Shown: positions 39,952 through 50,863, counted from the stretch's first letter. The stretch is DNA of 64,000 nucleotides from an uncultured Candidatus Saccharibacteria bacterium (GCA_964515375.1 CAZERF010000001.1:115243-179242), one strand, 5' to 3'. Numbers and translations: made by a program. Notes: generated by a model not told the origin, from the sequence alone.

Positions 39952-41619
39952 TCATGAGATCGAGACGTTCGACGAGGAGGACGCGAGTCCGTCCCTCTTT
40001 TCTCCATAAAAGATCGCGACGGTAAAGAGGCATCCCTTTCCGGGCCCGTCGGAATCTACCCAAATATCCCCTCCCATCGCTTGAAGGAGGCGTTTTGCCA
40101 CATAGAGCCCGAGCCCTGATCCCTCGGTATTTTCTCGCTGTCCTTGCGTGCCCCGCGCGAATTTTGTAAAGAGTTGATGAATATCATCCTGCGAAAGACC
40201 AATGCCTGTGTCTTTGATGTGACAGATAACCCGCTCGTTCTCTTTGTCGTCATCAAGCGAGATCATGATCGATCCTTGCGGGGTGTATTTGATCGCGTTG
40301 TCGATCAGGTTTGAGAAGATCTGGCGAAGCTTCCCTTCGTCTGCGTCAACCACAATACGTTCATCACACAAAGTGAGGTCAAGTGTGAGCCCCTTTTTGT
40401 CCGCGATCGGCATGAACTCCTCGAATATTTCCGTGAGCATCTTGCGTATGTCGACCACAGAAAACTCATAGCGCATGGTTCCTTGTTCGATCTTGGAAAT
40501 ATCCAAAAAGTCATTGACCATATCCGCAAGACGTTTTGAGGAAAGGAATATTTTTTCGATCTGTGTATGTTGCCGGGTACTGAGCGGACCATATGCGTCC
40601 TCGAGGAGCATTGAAGAGTATCCCTTGATCGCAGTGATCGGTGTACGTAATTGATGTGAAACGATCGAGACAAATTCGCTTTTTCGTTGATCCATCACCC
40701 GAAGTTCCTCATTCTTTTTTGCCAACTCCCAGTTTGTTTCGGTCAAACGTTTGGCAAGTTGACTAATTTCACCTCGTGAACGAATCTCTTTATTTACTGC
40801 GACAATAAGAAGATAGCCAACAACAATGATCGCAACGAGAGATGCTGCTTCGATCATTCTCGTGTCACTTTCACCAAGCACAAGACGGCCCAATGAGAGG
40901 AGTACGAGTAGTGCGACGAATGTTTGTGTCGCCAAGAATTGTACGTTAAAAAGATTTAATCGTGCGATCGAATATACGATAATGAGCGGATAGAGGGTAA
41001 AGAAAATGATGGGATAAGGGGGAAGGTTAATATTGAACGTCAAGAAGAATACACTCCCCCCGCCTATGAATCCTGCCAATGAGGCAAGGAGGATGGCGAG
41101 TTTTTGTTTCCGTATTGAACCTTTAGGAGATTCAAGAACTGAAAAAAAGAGTATCATTCCCGCAAGGGTATTTACTCCAAAGAAATAGATCGTAAAGAGT
41201 GGGTAGAGGCCCCCTGCTTCGGGGGCAAAATGAAAAATAAACTTCGGGAGCACTGTCGACATCTCTGTGCTCATATTGGCAACCGCGAAGTATAGGGTAA
41301 ATGGAAGAACTCCAAAAAGAATCGGGAGTAAACGTCGTGTGTTATCGGTCATTAGGATAATAAAGAGAAGGTAGAAGAATGGGATAGCAATCGCCCCGAA
41401 GTGGAGTATCCAATTGGAAAGGAGTGCGGCCTCTTGAGTATCCGCAGTGATCATTGAGAAATATCCAAAACTCCATATTGCACTTGAGATGTTCAGGAGG
41501 AGCCAGGGGAGATGTTTTCTTTTCTCTTTTGCGTTCAATATAACAACAACACCTGAAGCAAGAGCAACGAGTCCGCCAAGAAAAAAGAGGACAGTAAAAT
41601 ATGCAAGTGGAAATGTCAT
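39952..41619 (-). CDS. Sensor histidine kinase with polytopic N-terminal membrane domain (~7 TM)
   Basis: H-box SEFVSIVSHQLRTPITAIKGY, plus N/G1/G2 ATPase boxes (DNAIKYT, IKDTGIGL, GSGLGLYVAK). Its start overlaps the stop of the upstream 550-aa gene (ATGA). Confidence 0.85.
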   Translation of the reverse strand: MTFPLAYFTVLFFLGGLVALASGVVVILNAKEKRKHLPWLLLNISSAIWSFGYFSMITADTQEAALLSNWILHFGAIAIPFFYLLFIILMTDNTRRLLPILFGVLPFTLYFAVANMSTEMSTVLPKFIFHFAPEAGGLYPLFTIYFFGVNTLAGMILFFSVLESPKGSIRKQKLAILLASLAGFIGGGSVFFLTFNINLPPYPIIFFTLYPLIIVYSIARLNLFNVQFLATQTFVALLVLLSLGRLVLGESDTRMIEAASLVAIIVVGYLLIVAVNKEIRSRGEISQLAKRLTETNWELAKKNEELRVMDQRKSEFVSIVSHQLRTPITAIKGYSSMLLEDAYGPLSTRQHTQIEKIFLSSKRLADMVNDFLDISKIEQGTMRYEFSVVDIRKMLTEIFEEFMPIADKKGLTLDLTLCDERIVVDADEGKLRQIFSNLIDNAIKYTPQGSIMISLDDDKENERVICHIKDTGIGLSQDDIHQLFTKFARGTQGQRENTEGSGLGLYVAKRLLQAMGGDIWVDSDGPGKGCLFTVAIFYGEKRDGLASSSSNVSIS

Positions 41620-43268
41620 GGGCGATAATTCTCCAAATATTTATTTCCCAATGATGATGGAGGTGTATCGGAAAGAAAGAAATCTGCAAGTCCGGAAAGT
41701 GACGGATAAACAATATTTGTTCCGTGATGTGGTTCGATGTGGATATCCCCCTCAAACGCTCCATTTTTACTCATTGCAACTTCAAAGGCGCGAATCTTCC
41801 CGTCAAGAGCATAAATCGCTGATTGAGGAGAGGAGCATGCGACGTGAGGATTATGTTCCCCATGCACATGCCATCCTTCGGGTATCCTTTCTGGATCAAC
41901 ATATCCGTGCCAGTGCGCAATCGCGAGTCCTTGTTGTGTAAGGTTGGTGATGAAACGTGAGCCCGGCTTCTTGTAGGAAAGCACCGCTGCGATAATAGCA
42001 TTGCCGATGGCATGCGCAAGGATAACGCGCGTATCAAATGAAGGTTTGTAGTCGGGAGTCAATACGAGTCCGCTCGGTGTTTCCATACTCATGACTCCAT
42101 TATGTAATTTAAGCTTTAAGAGATCACGTGACGGATTTAGATTTGTTTTATCCGCTCCCGAGCGTTGTGTGAGAATTTCAACTTCCGGAAGATGTAAAAT
42201 AAGATCTTCTTTTCCGAAGCTCATACGAAGATATGTCTCATCCTCCACTTCAAAAATACCACCAGAAGGAGGAATCATCTCTTTTTTAAACTTTTGCATG
42301 GCCACCTCCATACTCATTGCCGGTGCGATCTTTGTTGGCATTTGCCATGCAAGAAAACCAAAACTCATCCCATTTCGATGATCAAGATGTATTTTCCCAA
42401 TCCAACGATAGAAGCCATTTCGAAATGGGAGCTCGTCAATCTTCTTTCCTGGAGGATAGAGCCCCGTTCCCTGCATGCGGTGACTTCCTTCAATAAAATC
42501 TTTGACGATTTGAGCGTGTCGCTCATCGTGGATATCAAAATGTTTGTTAAGAGAATGAAATTCGGACAACCGGACAGGTTGTATCGGTGCGACAATCTTG
42601 GGGATCAACGCAGACAGTAATGCCTCTCGGAAATCTTCTCCACGAAGAGAGAAGAAGGGGTGCGAAGCATTGAAGTTGTAGAGCAGCCATTCATCGCTCC
42701 CGACCCCAATGACAATATTAGACATATGGTGTGCAAAAAGTGACATTGCGGTGTCGAAGTGTTTGTAGAAATCTGATTTTTTTGAAACTCCATCCGGCAT
42801 ATCAAGCACTGTCACAATTGAGGTGCGGCGAAAACTTGTTGTTCTATCCATTGGGAGCATGTTCGTTTCTTGTTCGCCAACTGAAACAACAGAAATACCA
42901 GGGGTAAAACGTCGCCGGTGACGCAAGATATTCAAGATCGCAGAGGGGTGAACGGGGTGCTTTTTTTGCGAGGAGTGCGTGAGATTGTAAAGAAGGACAT
43001 GGATGTCACGAAGGATTATGACCCCGGCGCGCATCAGTGCTGAATGAAGAGGAACGATGTGTAACGCTTTTTCAGTTGGAATAAGTTGAACTCCAAGCGA
43101 TGAGAGTTCCGCTTCGAATCGTTCCATGAAAAAGAGAACATTTGAAGAGACCTTCTTCTTGTCATAAGGAAGTATTGTGAGCTTTAGCTCACTAAGCATC
43201 TCTTCGCTTTTGGTCGGAGTGTGGGTGCTTATTCCGAGTATGCGTTCAATCACCTCTTGGTGCAGCAT
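41616..43268 (-). CDS. Hypothetical protein, 550 aa, His-rich C-terminal region, no domain recognised
   Basis: Long clean ORF with protein-like composition, translationally coupled to the downstream histidine kinase. It contains GWHVHGEHNPH...DIHIEPHHG. Confidence 0.55.
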   Translation of the reverse strand: MLHQEVIERILGISTHTPTKSEEMLSELKLTILPYDKKKVSSNVLFFMERFEAELSSLGVQLIPTEKALHIVPLHSALMRAGVIILRDIHVLLYNLTHSSQKKHPVHPSAILNILRHRRRFTPGISVVSVGEQETNMLPMDRTTSFRRTSIVTVLDMPDGVSKKSDFYKHFDTAMSLFAHHMSNIVIGVGSDEWLLYNFNASHPFFSLRGEDFREALLSALIPKIVAPIQPVRLSEFHSLNKHFDIHDERHAQIVKDFIEGSHRMQGTGLYPPGKKIDELPFRNGFYRWIGKIHLDHRNGMSFGFLAWQMPTKIAPAMSMEVAMQKFKKEMIPPSGGIFEVEDETYLRMSFGKEDLILHLPEVEILTQRSGADKTNLNPSRDLLKLKLHNGVMSMETPSGLVLTPDYKPSFDTRVILAHAIGNAIIAAVLSYKKPGSRFITNLTQQGLAIAHWHGYVDPERIPEGWHVHGEHNPHVACSSPQSAIYALDGKIRAFEVAMSKNGAFEGDIHIEPHHGTNIVYPSLSGLADFFLSDTPPSSLGNKYLENYRP

Positions 43269-43319
43269 GGTGTTCTCTTATTTCTTTTAATCACCCGTAG
43301 TATAACATGAGGGCTCTCG

Positions 43320-44003
43320 TTATTGTGAATTCTTCTCCACTTCTTTGTAGATCGAAACCATGAGAGTACGAGCTTGTTCTTTGTGTTCATTAAGGGGTGT
43401 TTCCTTGGGGAATGAGGAGGAGGGGTTGATTGGTTCCAGGAAAGAGAGTGTCACCGAGTGCTTGCGCAGAAAGAATCTTTCCCATGTGATATCCCCTACT
43501 CCGGAAAGAGCAATGGGGACGATGGGCAACCCCGTTGTGGAGGAAAGAAATATAACACCCGCCTTTGCTTCTCCAGGGTGTCCGGAAATATTTGTTTTTC
43601 CTTCAGGAAAGATGAGGACTGACCCCCCTTTTTGAAGCAGGTCAAGATGAGTAGAAAGTGAACGTCGGTAATCTTTCAGCCCCACGTTTGCAGGGTACGC
43701 ACCCCAGCATTTAAAAAAGAATCCTCCGTAAAGCAAGCGCTTTAAGAGGGTGTTCTGGTAAAATCCTTTTTCGCGAGAGACATAGAATATCGGCGCAAAA
43801 CGAGAAAAAAAAGGGAGTGCCGCCGGGAGCAGTATTGGGTCGAGCTCACTTGCGTGGTTGCTGGCGAATATTGCTGGAGCGTGAAGACATTGCACGTGTT
43901 CCATTCCCTTTACTTTCAGGCGAACAAAGAAAAGAAGTGCGAGTCGTGTGGGGATCCAGACTAGTTGCTGCAAGAAAAAGGGGGCTAACGCGCGAAGCAT
44001 CAT
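43320..44003 (-). CDS. plsC: 1-acyl-sn-glycerol-3-phosphate acyltransferase (LPLAT/PlsC family)
   Basis: Motif I is NHASELD and motif III is FPEGKTN. Confidence 0.75.
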   Translation of the reverse strand: MMLRALAPFFLQQLVWIPTRLALLFFVRLKVKGMEHVQCLHAPAIFASNHASELDPILLPAALPFFSRFAPIFYVSREKGFYQNTLLKRLLYGGFFFKCWGAYPANVGLKDYRRSLSTHLDLLQKGGSVLIFPEGKTNISGHPGEAKAGVIFLSSTTGLPIVPIALSGVGDITWERFFLRKHSVTLSFLEPINPSSSFPKETPLNEHKEQARTLMVSIYKEVEKNSQ

Positions 44004-44026
44004 AACAGTTTTATGCTTTAGTTATA

Positions 44027-45103
44027 TTATACACCCTCATCTCGCAATTCTTCAATCAGTTGTTTTGCTTTCTTTGAAAGTTTTGCAGGAGAAGAAAGTT
44101 TCAAGTGAATAAGCAGGTCACCTTGCTTGCCGTGAAGTGTATTCGGCACCCCCTTCTCCTTGAGTCGCAAGATGTCGCCGAAATTAACTCCCGCAGGAAC
44201 TTTTACTTCGAGCGGTTTTCCGTCGAGCGCAGTGATCGTGTAGGTTGCTCCGAGCAATGCGTCGGAGAGTTTGATCGTGAGGTCGGCCACGAGATTATTT
44301 CCCTCGCGACGGAACATCTCGTGCGGAGTAACATGGATCTTAATGTAGAGATCTCCCGAAATCCCGCGCGCCACACCCTCTCCTCTTCCACTCATGCGAA
44401 TCATTTCGCCGTTCTGGATCCCCGCAGGGATCGGGATCGTGATCGTTTCTTCTTTTTTATTCACGCCAAGTCCGTGACACTCGGTGCATTTTTCCTCAGG
44501 AACCTTCCCTGTTCCCGCACATACTTGACAGGGGCGCACGGTCGAAAAGCTTCCGAGAAAAGAACGACGCATCTCGCTTACCTTCCCCTTTCCGTCGCAG
44601 GTCGTACATGTTTTGAGCGTACTTCCCGGCTTTGCCCCGCTTCCGCTACATGTCGCACAGCGCGTGGTCTTTCCGAGAGTTATCGTGCGTTCAACTCCAA
44701 AGATACTGTCCTTGAAGGAAAGTTCCATATCCACAGAGATATCTCTTCCCCGTTCCTCGCGCACCCCTCCGGAGGACGCGAATCCCCCGCCGAAGAAATC
44801 GTTGAATATATCACCGAGGTCGGCAGCGTCGAATCCTTCTCCAAAACCCTGAAAACCTCCGCCGTAAGCACCATACGGATTTCCACCACCCGTCGGTCCT
44901 TCTGCTCCATACACATCATAGGCTTCCCTCTTGCGATCATCCGAGAGGGTTTGATACGCCTCATTCACTTCTTTGAATTTTTTCTCATCACCGCCTTTTT
45001 TGTCGGGGTGATATTTATGCGCCAATTTATGGAATGCCTTTTTTATCTCCTCCTTGGTTGCCTTCTTGTCTACTCCGAGTATCTCATAGTAATCTTTTGC
45101 CAT
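44027..45103 (-). CDS. dnaJ: Chaperone DnaJ
   Basis: J-domain with HPD (KYHPDKK), a G/F region, and four CxxCxGxG repeats. Confidence 0.95.
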   Translation of the reverse strand: MAKDYYEILGVDKKATKEEIKKAFHKLAHKYHPDKKGGDEKKFKEVNEAYQTLSDDRKREAYDVYGAEGPTGGGNPYGAYGGGFQGFGEGFDAADLGDIFNDFFGGGFASSGGVREERGRDISVDMELSFKDSIFGVERTITLGKTTRCATCSGSGAKPGSTLKTCTTCDGKGKVSEMRRSFLGSFSTVRPCQVCAGTGKVPEEKCTECHGLGVNKKEETITIPIPAGIQNGEMIRMSGRGEGVARGISGDLYIKIHVTPHEMFRREGNNLVADLTIKLSDALLGATYTITALDGKPLEVKVPAGVNFGDILRLKEKGVPNTLHGKQGDLLIHLKLSSPAKLSKKAKQLIEELRDEGV

Positions 45104-45206
45104 AGTGTCCGGTTTTGGGTTAGTTGTTCGCCATATACGCGAAGTACAGATTGAAGTATACTTATTTTTCCGCTATTTGACAACTATTTGATTCACTGCT
45201 TTTATG

Positions 45207-45239
45207 CAAAAAAATCCTCGTTGATACGAGGATTTTTTA
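45207..45239. terminator. Hairpin terminator/attenuator between dnaK and dnaJ
   Basis: ATCCTCG-ttgata-CGAGGAT is flanked by A7 and T6. Confidence 0.7.
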
Positions 45240-45254
45240 TTTTACTGTGAGTGA

Positions 45255-47147
45255 TCACACGTCGTGAACCTTTCCTGATGAGGGCTCCTGACCCTCTTCG
45301 TTTTTCGGTGCCTCACCTTCCCCGCTTGGAGTCTCGGAGGTGCTTTGTTGTTTTGCCATCTCCTCCCCGATCTTTTGAAGCGCGTCAGAGAGTGCCTCGG
45401 TATCCTTTTTGATCACTTCCATGTCGCCCTCCTCCTTGCTTTTCTTGAGCGTGGCGATCTTTGCTTCGACATCAGACTTGATCGTGGCGGGGACTTTCTC
45501 TCCTTGCTCATGAAGCGAACGCTCCGCGGTGTAGATCAAGCTTTCGGCAATGTTTGTGACCTCGATCTTTTCCTTCATCTTTCGATCTTCTTCGGCGTGC
45601 GCATCGGCCTCGTTCTTCATGCGCTCAATATCCTCCTTAGAAAGGGACGAGCGTGCTTCGATGCGAATAGACTGTTCCTTTCCGGAGGTCTTGTCTTTCG
45701 CTTTGACGTTCAAGATACCGTTCGCATCAACGTCAAAGGTCACTTCGACCTGTGGGACGCCACGTGGCGCGGGAGGGATGCCGTCGAGCATGAAGCGTCC
45801 AAGAGACTTGTTCTGTGAGGCCATAGGTCGCTCACCTTGTACGACATGGACTTCTACTGAGGTTTGGTTATCCGCGGCGGTCGAAAAGACTTGGCTTTTT
45901 GACGCAGGGATCGTTGTATTCTTTTCGATCAAATGAGTCGCAACGCCACCCATCGTCTCGATACCAAGCGAAAGCGGGATCACGTCGAGCAGAAGGATGT
46001 CGTGCACATCGCCCTGAAGGATACCGCCTTGGATCGCAGCTCCCGCGGCGACGACTTCATCAGGATTCACGGACATGTTCGGTTTCTTTCCGAAATATGA
46101 TTCAACCGCCTTTTGCATTGCCGGCATGCGCGTTTGTCCGCCGACAAGAATAACTTCGTTGATCTCACTGATACCGAAAGGTGACGCTTCCATCGCGCGC
46201 TTTGAGATCTCCATGGCGCGGTCAATAAACTCTTGAGTCAATTCTTCAAGTTTTGCCCGGGAAAGTTTGATGACGAGATGTTTCGGACCAGTCGCGTCGG
46301 AGGTGATGAATGGGAGGTTGACCTCTGATTCCATCGCGCTCGAAAGTTCGATCTTTGCCTTCTCCGCCGCTTCGTCGAGACGCTGCTTCGCCAAGGGGTC
46401 ATTGCGAACATCAATACCGGAATCTTTTTTGAACTCCTCGGCAAGATAATTGATAATCTTTTGGTCAATGTCTTTCCCTCCAAGGTGCGCATCGCCGTCG
46501 GTCGCTTTGACCTCAATGACATCTTCACCAACCTCAAGCACGGAAATGTCAAACGTTCCGCCACCAAAGTCGAACACGACAACCTTTTCATTCTTCTTTT
46601 TGTTGAATCCGTACGCGAGAGCCGCCGCGGTCGGCTCATTAATGATACGCTTGACTTCGAGACCCGCGATCTTGCCCGCATCTTTTGTTGCCTGACGCTG
46701 AGAATCATTGAAGTACGCGGGCACCGTGATGACTGCTTCCGTGATCTTTTCTCCAAGCTTTGCCTCAGCATCTGCTTTGAGTTTTTGGAGGATCATTGCG
46801 GACGCTTCTTCCGGACGATACCATTTTTCCCCCATCTTGACCTCAATACCGCCATTGTCCGATTTGCGCATTTCAAAAGGCACAACATTTCTGTCTTTTT
46901 GGATAGCGTCTTCGTCAAAGTTGTGTCCAATGAACCGCTTGATCTGATAGATCGTTCCTTTCGGATTGGTGACGGCCTGACGTTTTGCCGCAAGTCCGAC
47001 CACGCGCTCTCCCGTTTTTGCCTCAGCCGCAATGGACGGGGTCGTTCTCATTCCTTCAACGTTCTCGATGATACGAGGTTCTCCCGCTTCAACGATCGCC
47101 ATTGCACAGTTTGTCGTACCGAGATCGATACCAAGAATCTTTGCCAT
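45255..47147 (-). CDS. dnaK: Chaperone DnaK (Hsp70)
   Basis: [17 protein letters not shown], and a substrate-binding domain with a C-terminal lid. Confidence 0.97.
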   Translation of the reverse strand: MAKILGIDLGTTNCAMAIVEAGEPRIIENVEGMRTTPSIAAEAKTGERVVGLAAKRQAVTNPKGTIYQIKRFIGHNFDEDAIQKDRNVVPFEMRKSDNGGIEVKMGEKWYRPEEASAMILQKLKADAEAKLGEKITEAVITVPAYFNDSQRQATKDAGKIAGLEVKRIINEPTAAALAYGFNKKKNEKVVVFDFGGGTFDISVLEVGEDVIEVKATDGDAHLGGKDIDQKIINYLAEEFKKDSGIDVRNDPLAKQRLDEAAEKAKIELSSAMESEVNLPFITSDATGPKHLVIKLSRAKLEELTQEFIDRAMEISKRAMEASPFGISEINEVILVGGQTRMPAMQKAVESYFGKKPNMSVNPDEVVAAGAAIQGGILQGDVHDILLLDVIPLSLGIETMGGVATHLIEKNTTIPASKSQVFSTAADNQTSVEVHVVQGERPMASQNKSLGRFMLDGIPPAPRGVPQVEVTFDVDANGILNVKAKDKTSGKEQSIRIEARSSLSKEDIERMKNEADAHAEEDRKMKEKIEVTNIAESLIYTAERSLHEQGEKVPATIKSDVEAKIATLKKSKEEGDMEVIKKDTEALSDALQKIGEEMAKQQSTSETPSGEGEAPKNEEGQEPSSGKVHDV

Positions 47148-47209
47148 AGGTGAATGGATTAACTAATGATAAAAAATTTCAGATCGTAACTAATATCTAC
47201 GGAAGCTCC

Positions 47210-47860
47210 CTACTCTCCATGTTCTTTGTAGACCTTGACTTGTGGAGATCTGATGACCTTTCCGTTCAGCCGATATCCCACATGTACCACCTCCGCGATC
47301 TTTCCATAAAGCGTTTCATCGCTCGTGGGTATCGCCTCGATCGCCGTGTGTTCATTCGGGTCGAAATCCTGCTCTTTCGGATCAATCTCCTCAAGTCCGT
47401 TTGCAGAGAGCGCTTGCGTGAGCTGTGTGTGAATATGTTCTACTCCCACTCGCCAAGAAGGGTCAACTTTCTCCCATACTTCCTTATTGGCGAAGGCCAT
47501 GCGAAAACTTTCAAGAACGGGCAAAAGGTCTGTCACGATTCCCTCTCTCGAGTACTTGATGAATTCTTGCTTTGCTTCTTCTTCTCGACGTTTAAAGTTG
47601 ATGAAGTCAGCTTTAAGACGCTGCCACCCATCAAGATACTCTTGTTTTTCTCGCTGGCACTCCTTCAACTGTTCACGCAATCTCCTGATTCGATCTTGCG
47701 GGGTCATTGTTCCCGACCCGATGATATCATCATTATAAGTTTCTATTTCAATATCGTCAAGTTCCTCTTGCGGGAGAACATCGACTCCCCCTCCAAGCGA
47801 AACGTCTCGTTCTGATGAGAGATCCTCATCGTTCATTTGTGTCTCATCTTTATCATTCAT
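47210..47860 (-). CDS. grpE: Nucleotide exchange factor GrpE
   Basis: Coiled-coil plus GrpE C-domain (...KADFINFKRREEEAKQE...LLPVLESF...). Confidence 0.9.
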   Translation of the reverse strand: MNDKDETQMNDEDLSSERDVSLGGGVDVLPQEELDDIEIETYNDDIIGSGTMTPQDRIRRLREQLKECQREKQEYLDGWQRLKADFINFKRREEEAKQEFIKYSREGIVTDLLPVLESFRMAFANKEVWEKVDPSWRVGVEHIHTQLTQALSANGLEEIDPKEQDFDPNEHTAIEAIPTSDETLYGKIAEVVHVGYRLNGKVIRSPQVKVYKEHGE

Positions 47861-47922
47861 GTCGATAGTGTAACAGATGGAACGATAAAATTCAAAAATC
47901 CCTATCCTGCCTGCTTGTCACC

Positions 47923-47960
47923 GGTTGACACAAAAAAAAGACCGTGAGATATCCTGACGG
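47923..47960. terminator. Terminator downstream of rpsI and upstream of grpE
   Basis: GACCGT...ACGGTC hairpin is flanked by A8 and T8. Confidence 0.7.
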
Positions 47961-47983
47961 TCTTTTTTTTGTATTGTTGAGTT

Positions 47984-48415
47984 CTAGCGTTTCGACCACT
48001 GAGAGGCCTTGCGCGCTTTCTTGAGTCCGGGGTGCTTGCGCTCCTTTTTTCGTGAATCACGCTTCAGAAATCCGAGCTTCTTGAGCTCACCTTTCTGAGT
48101 AGCGTCTTCCTTAACGAGGACACGGGAAAGACCATGGCGAACTGCTTCTGCCTGCGAATGCACTCCTCCTCCGTTCACATGCACGGAAACGGCATATTTT
48201 CCCGGAAATCCCTCACGAGCGAGAGGGGCGTTCACGATCATGCGGAGCTCTTCGGTCTTGAAGTACTCTTCGACGGGTCGATCATTCACACTGTATGTAT
48301 TCTTTGCTCCGGGAACAGCGCGCACACGCGCGATCGCAGTCTTGCGACGCCCGACCGCTTCAATGTAGTCTGCTCCAGATTTCGAACTCTTGGGTTTTGT
48401 TGTTCCTGTGGTCAT
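47984..48415 (-). CDS. rpsI: 30S ribosomal protein S9
   Basis: [18 protein letters not shown] and the basic C-terminus ...[12 protein letters not shown]. Confidence 0.95.
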   Translation of the reverse strand: MTTGTTKPKSSKSGADYIEAVGRRKTAIARVRAVPGAKNTYSVNDRPVEEYFKTEELRMIVNAPLAREGFPGKYAVSVHVNGGGVHSQAEAVRHGLSRVLVKEDATQKGELKKLGFLKRDSRKKERKHPGLKKARKASQWSKR

Positions 48416-48423
48416 GTTCGCAA

Positions 48424-48768
48424 CTATCCTTCAATGATTAAATTATGCATGCGTTTATCACGAAGGGTGTTCCCGGGAAGCATACCCTTGACGGCACGCT
48501 TCAAGACATCGGCATGACCCTTCTTTACGATCGCGTCCTTGAGAAAAAGCTTCTTATCAGAACCGGGATAACCGCTGTGACTGTGATAATACTTCTGATC
48601 CATTTTTGTTTCGCGAATGACAAGACCGCTTGCGTTCACGATCTTGACCTTGACGTCGGCAACGGCATTCTTTTTGACCGTTGTGGTGTTTTTCGCAAGC
48701 AGGATCTTGGCCGCTTCGCTCGCGACTCGACCAAGTGACTTCCCTTTTGCGTCAATGATGTGTTCCAT
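48424..48768 (-). CDS. rplM: 50S ribosomal protein L13, short form
   Basis: [20 protein letters not shown] and [11 protein letters not shown] match L13. Confidence 0.9.
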   Translation of the reverse strand: MEHIIDAKGKSLGRVASEAAKILLAKNTTTVKKNAVADVKVKIVNASGLVIRETKMDQKYYHSHSGYPGSDKKLFLKDAIVKKGHADVLKRAVKGMLPGNTLRDKRMHNLIIEG

Positions 48769-48780
48769 GATGATGCAATG

Positions 48781-49143
48781 TTACTTAACGAATTCAATGA
48801 CGGACATCGGAGAAGCATCACCGGTCCCACTCCGCTGACCGATCTTGGTCAAACGCGTGTATCCACCCTTGCGGTCGGCATAGCGCGGGGCGATCTCGGA
48901 GATCAGCTTCTTGACCGCGGTGCGGTTGTTGTTGAGGCGAGATTGCAAAAGGCGCACATTGGGAATCGTATTAGTGCGAGCCTTGGTGACCATCTTTTCG
49001 ATCACCGGGCGAAGCGCTTTTGCCTTTGCTTCGGTTGTCGTGATCTTTTCGTGAACGATAAGAGACACGACAAGTGAACGCATCAGTGCTGCCCTTTCTC
49101 CTGCCTGTCTTCCGAATTTTTTGTTGGTATTGTGGTGTCTCAT
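48781..49143 (-). CDS. rplQ: 50S ribosomal protein L17
   Basis: MRHHNTNKKFGRQAGERAALMRSL is the canonical L17 N-terminus. Confidence 0.95.
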   Translation of the reverse strand: MRHHNTNKKFGRQAGERAALMRSLVVSLIVHEKITTTEAKAKALRPVIEKMVTKARTNTIPNVRLLQSRLNNNRTAVKKLISEIAPRYADRKGGYTRLTKIGQRSGTGDASPMSVIEFVK

Positions 49144-49165
49144 ACGTGATAAGTGATAAAACTTC

Positions 49166-50137
49166 TTACTGCTTGAGTGTCACTCCAAAGTTTGAGAGTG
49201 CGCGCTTGATCTCTTGAACGCCCTTTTCGCCAAGTCCGTCGATGTCGAGAAGATCCTCTTCCTTCTTGCGGACAAGTCCGCCTACTGTACGAATATTTGC
49301 GCCGGAAAGTGCGTTTAGTGTTCTTGAAGAAAGATCAAGTGTGTCGATGCGGGTCTTTAAGAACTCGGTATCAACTCCGCTCTCTTCATGCTCCTCAGCG
49401 GACTCAACCTCCTCGGGGGCAACCTCTTCTTTGATGAGCTCTTCTTCTTTGAAACCGATGATCGCCTTCAGTTGATGGATCATGACCTCGATCGAATTCT
49501 CAAGTGCAGTGCGAGGAAGGAGTGTTCCGTCCGTTTCGATGGTGATCTTGAGCCGATTGTAGTCGGTACGGTCTCCAACGCGCATCGTCTCCACTTCGTA
49601 GTTCACACGGCGAATAGGAGTAAAGGCGGCATCAAGTGCGATCATTCCGATCTCTACCTTCTCCTTCTGGATCGCCTCCTTAGGAAGGTATCCAAGACCC
49701 ATCTCCACCTTCATTTCAATGTTGAGATTCGTGTTTTTGTCGGTGACCTCGCAGATATATTGCTCGGGATTGAGGATATCTACTTGCCCGGAAGTTGCAA
49801 TGTCCGCGGCGGTTACCTTGCGAAGTCCTGAGACGGAAAGCGTGAGCATTTGCGGTTCTTCCGTCAACATCTTGAAACGAACTTTCTTGAGATTCAAAAT
49901 AAGAGAAATAACATCCTCCTGAAGTCCGTCGATCGTCGAGAACTCATGCAAAACACCATCGATCTTGATCTGGGTGATGGCGGCACCGGGAAGCGATGAA
50001 AGAATGATACGTCGGAGTGAGTTTCCGATCGTGTGACCGTAACCGGGGTAAAGACCCTCGATCTCGTACACCCCCAAAAAGCCTTCCTCGCGCACAGGTC
50101 TTGGCTTTGACGGCAACGCAACATTATGGTCAAGCAT
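49166..50137 (-). CDS. rpoA: DNA-directed RNA polymerase subunit alpha
   Basis: N-terminal dimerisation domain, plus a C-terminal domain with the HhH (...LSSRTLNALSGANIRTVGGL...). Confidence 0.95.
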   Translation of the reverse strand: MLDHNVALPSKPRPVREEGFLGVYEIEGLYPGYGHTIGNSLRRIILSSLPGAAITQIKIDGVLHEFSTIDGLQEDVISLILNLKKVRFKMLTEEPQMLTLSVSGLRKVTAADIATSGQVDILNPEQYICEVTDKNTNLNIEMKVEMGLGYLPKEAIQKEKVEIGMIALDAAFTPIRRVNYEVETMRVGDRTDYNRLKITIETDGTLLPRTALENSIEVMIHQLKAIIGFKEEELIKEEVAPEEVESAEEHEESGVDTEFLKTRIDTLDLSSRTLNALSGANIRTVGGLVRKKEEDLLDIDGLGEKGVQEIKRALSNFGVTLKQ

Positions 50138-50207
50138 AGCAAGTAGAATTATGGCTTAATAACAACGTGTTCTAATGAGATATACTAGCACACCAGAGCA
50201 CGGAATA

Positions 50208-50837
50208 CTAGCGACTGTAAAACTCGATGACGGACTGGAAGTTAAAACCGAGTTCGTTCTTGTCGTACTTCGGCGTCCCCTTGATCGTAGCGGAAAGCTT
50301 CGTTGGGTCGGCGGAGATCCAATTCGGGATACTATGCTTGGCCATCTTTGTCTTCGATTCTACAAAGAGCGGTGAGACGCGGCTGCCCTCACGGACAGCA
50401 ATGACGTCTTCCTGTCGCACTTGGTAGGAAGGGATGGTGAGCTTGTGTTTACCGACCATGAAATGCCCGTGGGCAACCATTTGACGAGCTTGTGTTCGAC
50501 TCTGCGCAAAACCCAAACGATACACAACGTTGTCAAGTCGGCGTTCCAGCTTTTCAAAAAGAAGGTCCACGGGGGTTCCCTCGCGTGCTGAAGTTGCCTC
50601 CTTCACGTAACGAGAAAATTGTTTCTCCGAAAGTCCGTAGACATTGCGAAGCTTCTGCTTCTCCTTGAGCTGCATACCATATTCAGTGAGCATACTGCGA
50701 TGCTTGCGTTCGTTCTGAGGCTTTCCGGGAGGAGTCGGGCGCTTCTCGAAGATACACTTCGGCGTAAAGCACTTCTCTCCTTTCAGAAAGAGTTTTTCTC
50801 CAGCGCGGCGACAAATTTTACACTTAGGATCTGACAT
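50208..50837 (-). CDS. rpsD: 30S ribosomal protein S4
   Basis: N-terminal Cys cluster CKICRRAGEKLFLKGEKCFTPKC and an S4 RNA-binding domain. Confidence 0.95.
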   Translation of the reverse strand: MSDPKCKICRRAGEKLFLKGEKCFTPKCIFEKRPTPPGKPQNERKHRSMLTEYGMQLKEKQKLRNVYGLSEKQFSRYVKEATSAREGTPVDLLFEKLERRLDNVVYRLGFAQSRTQARQMVAHGHFMVGKHKLTIPSYQVRQEDVIAVREGSRVSPLFVESKTKMAKHSIPNWISADPTKLSATIKGTPKYDKNELGFNFQSVIEFYSR

Positions 50838-50863
50838 AATGAAAAATGATGAGAGTTACAAAC

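Noticed and set aside
44105-45154. 349-aa antisense ORF opposite dnaJ
   Set aside because: Mirror frame of a highly conserved gene with no motifs.
46461-47153. 230-aa antisense ORF opposite dnaK
   Set aside because: Same reasoning as above. DnaK conservation on the minus strand is unambiguous.
47861-47983. Searched upstream of grpE/dnaK for a CIRCE (TTAGCACTC-N9-GAGTGCTAA) heat-shock operator
   Set aside because: I found no sequence resembling CIRCE. Only a terminator hairpin is present, and no hrcA gene is present in the window.
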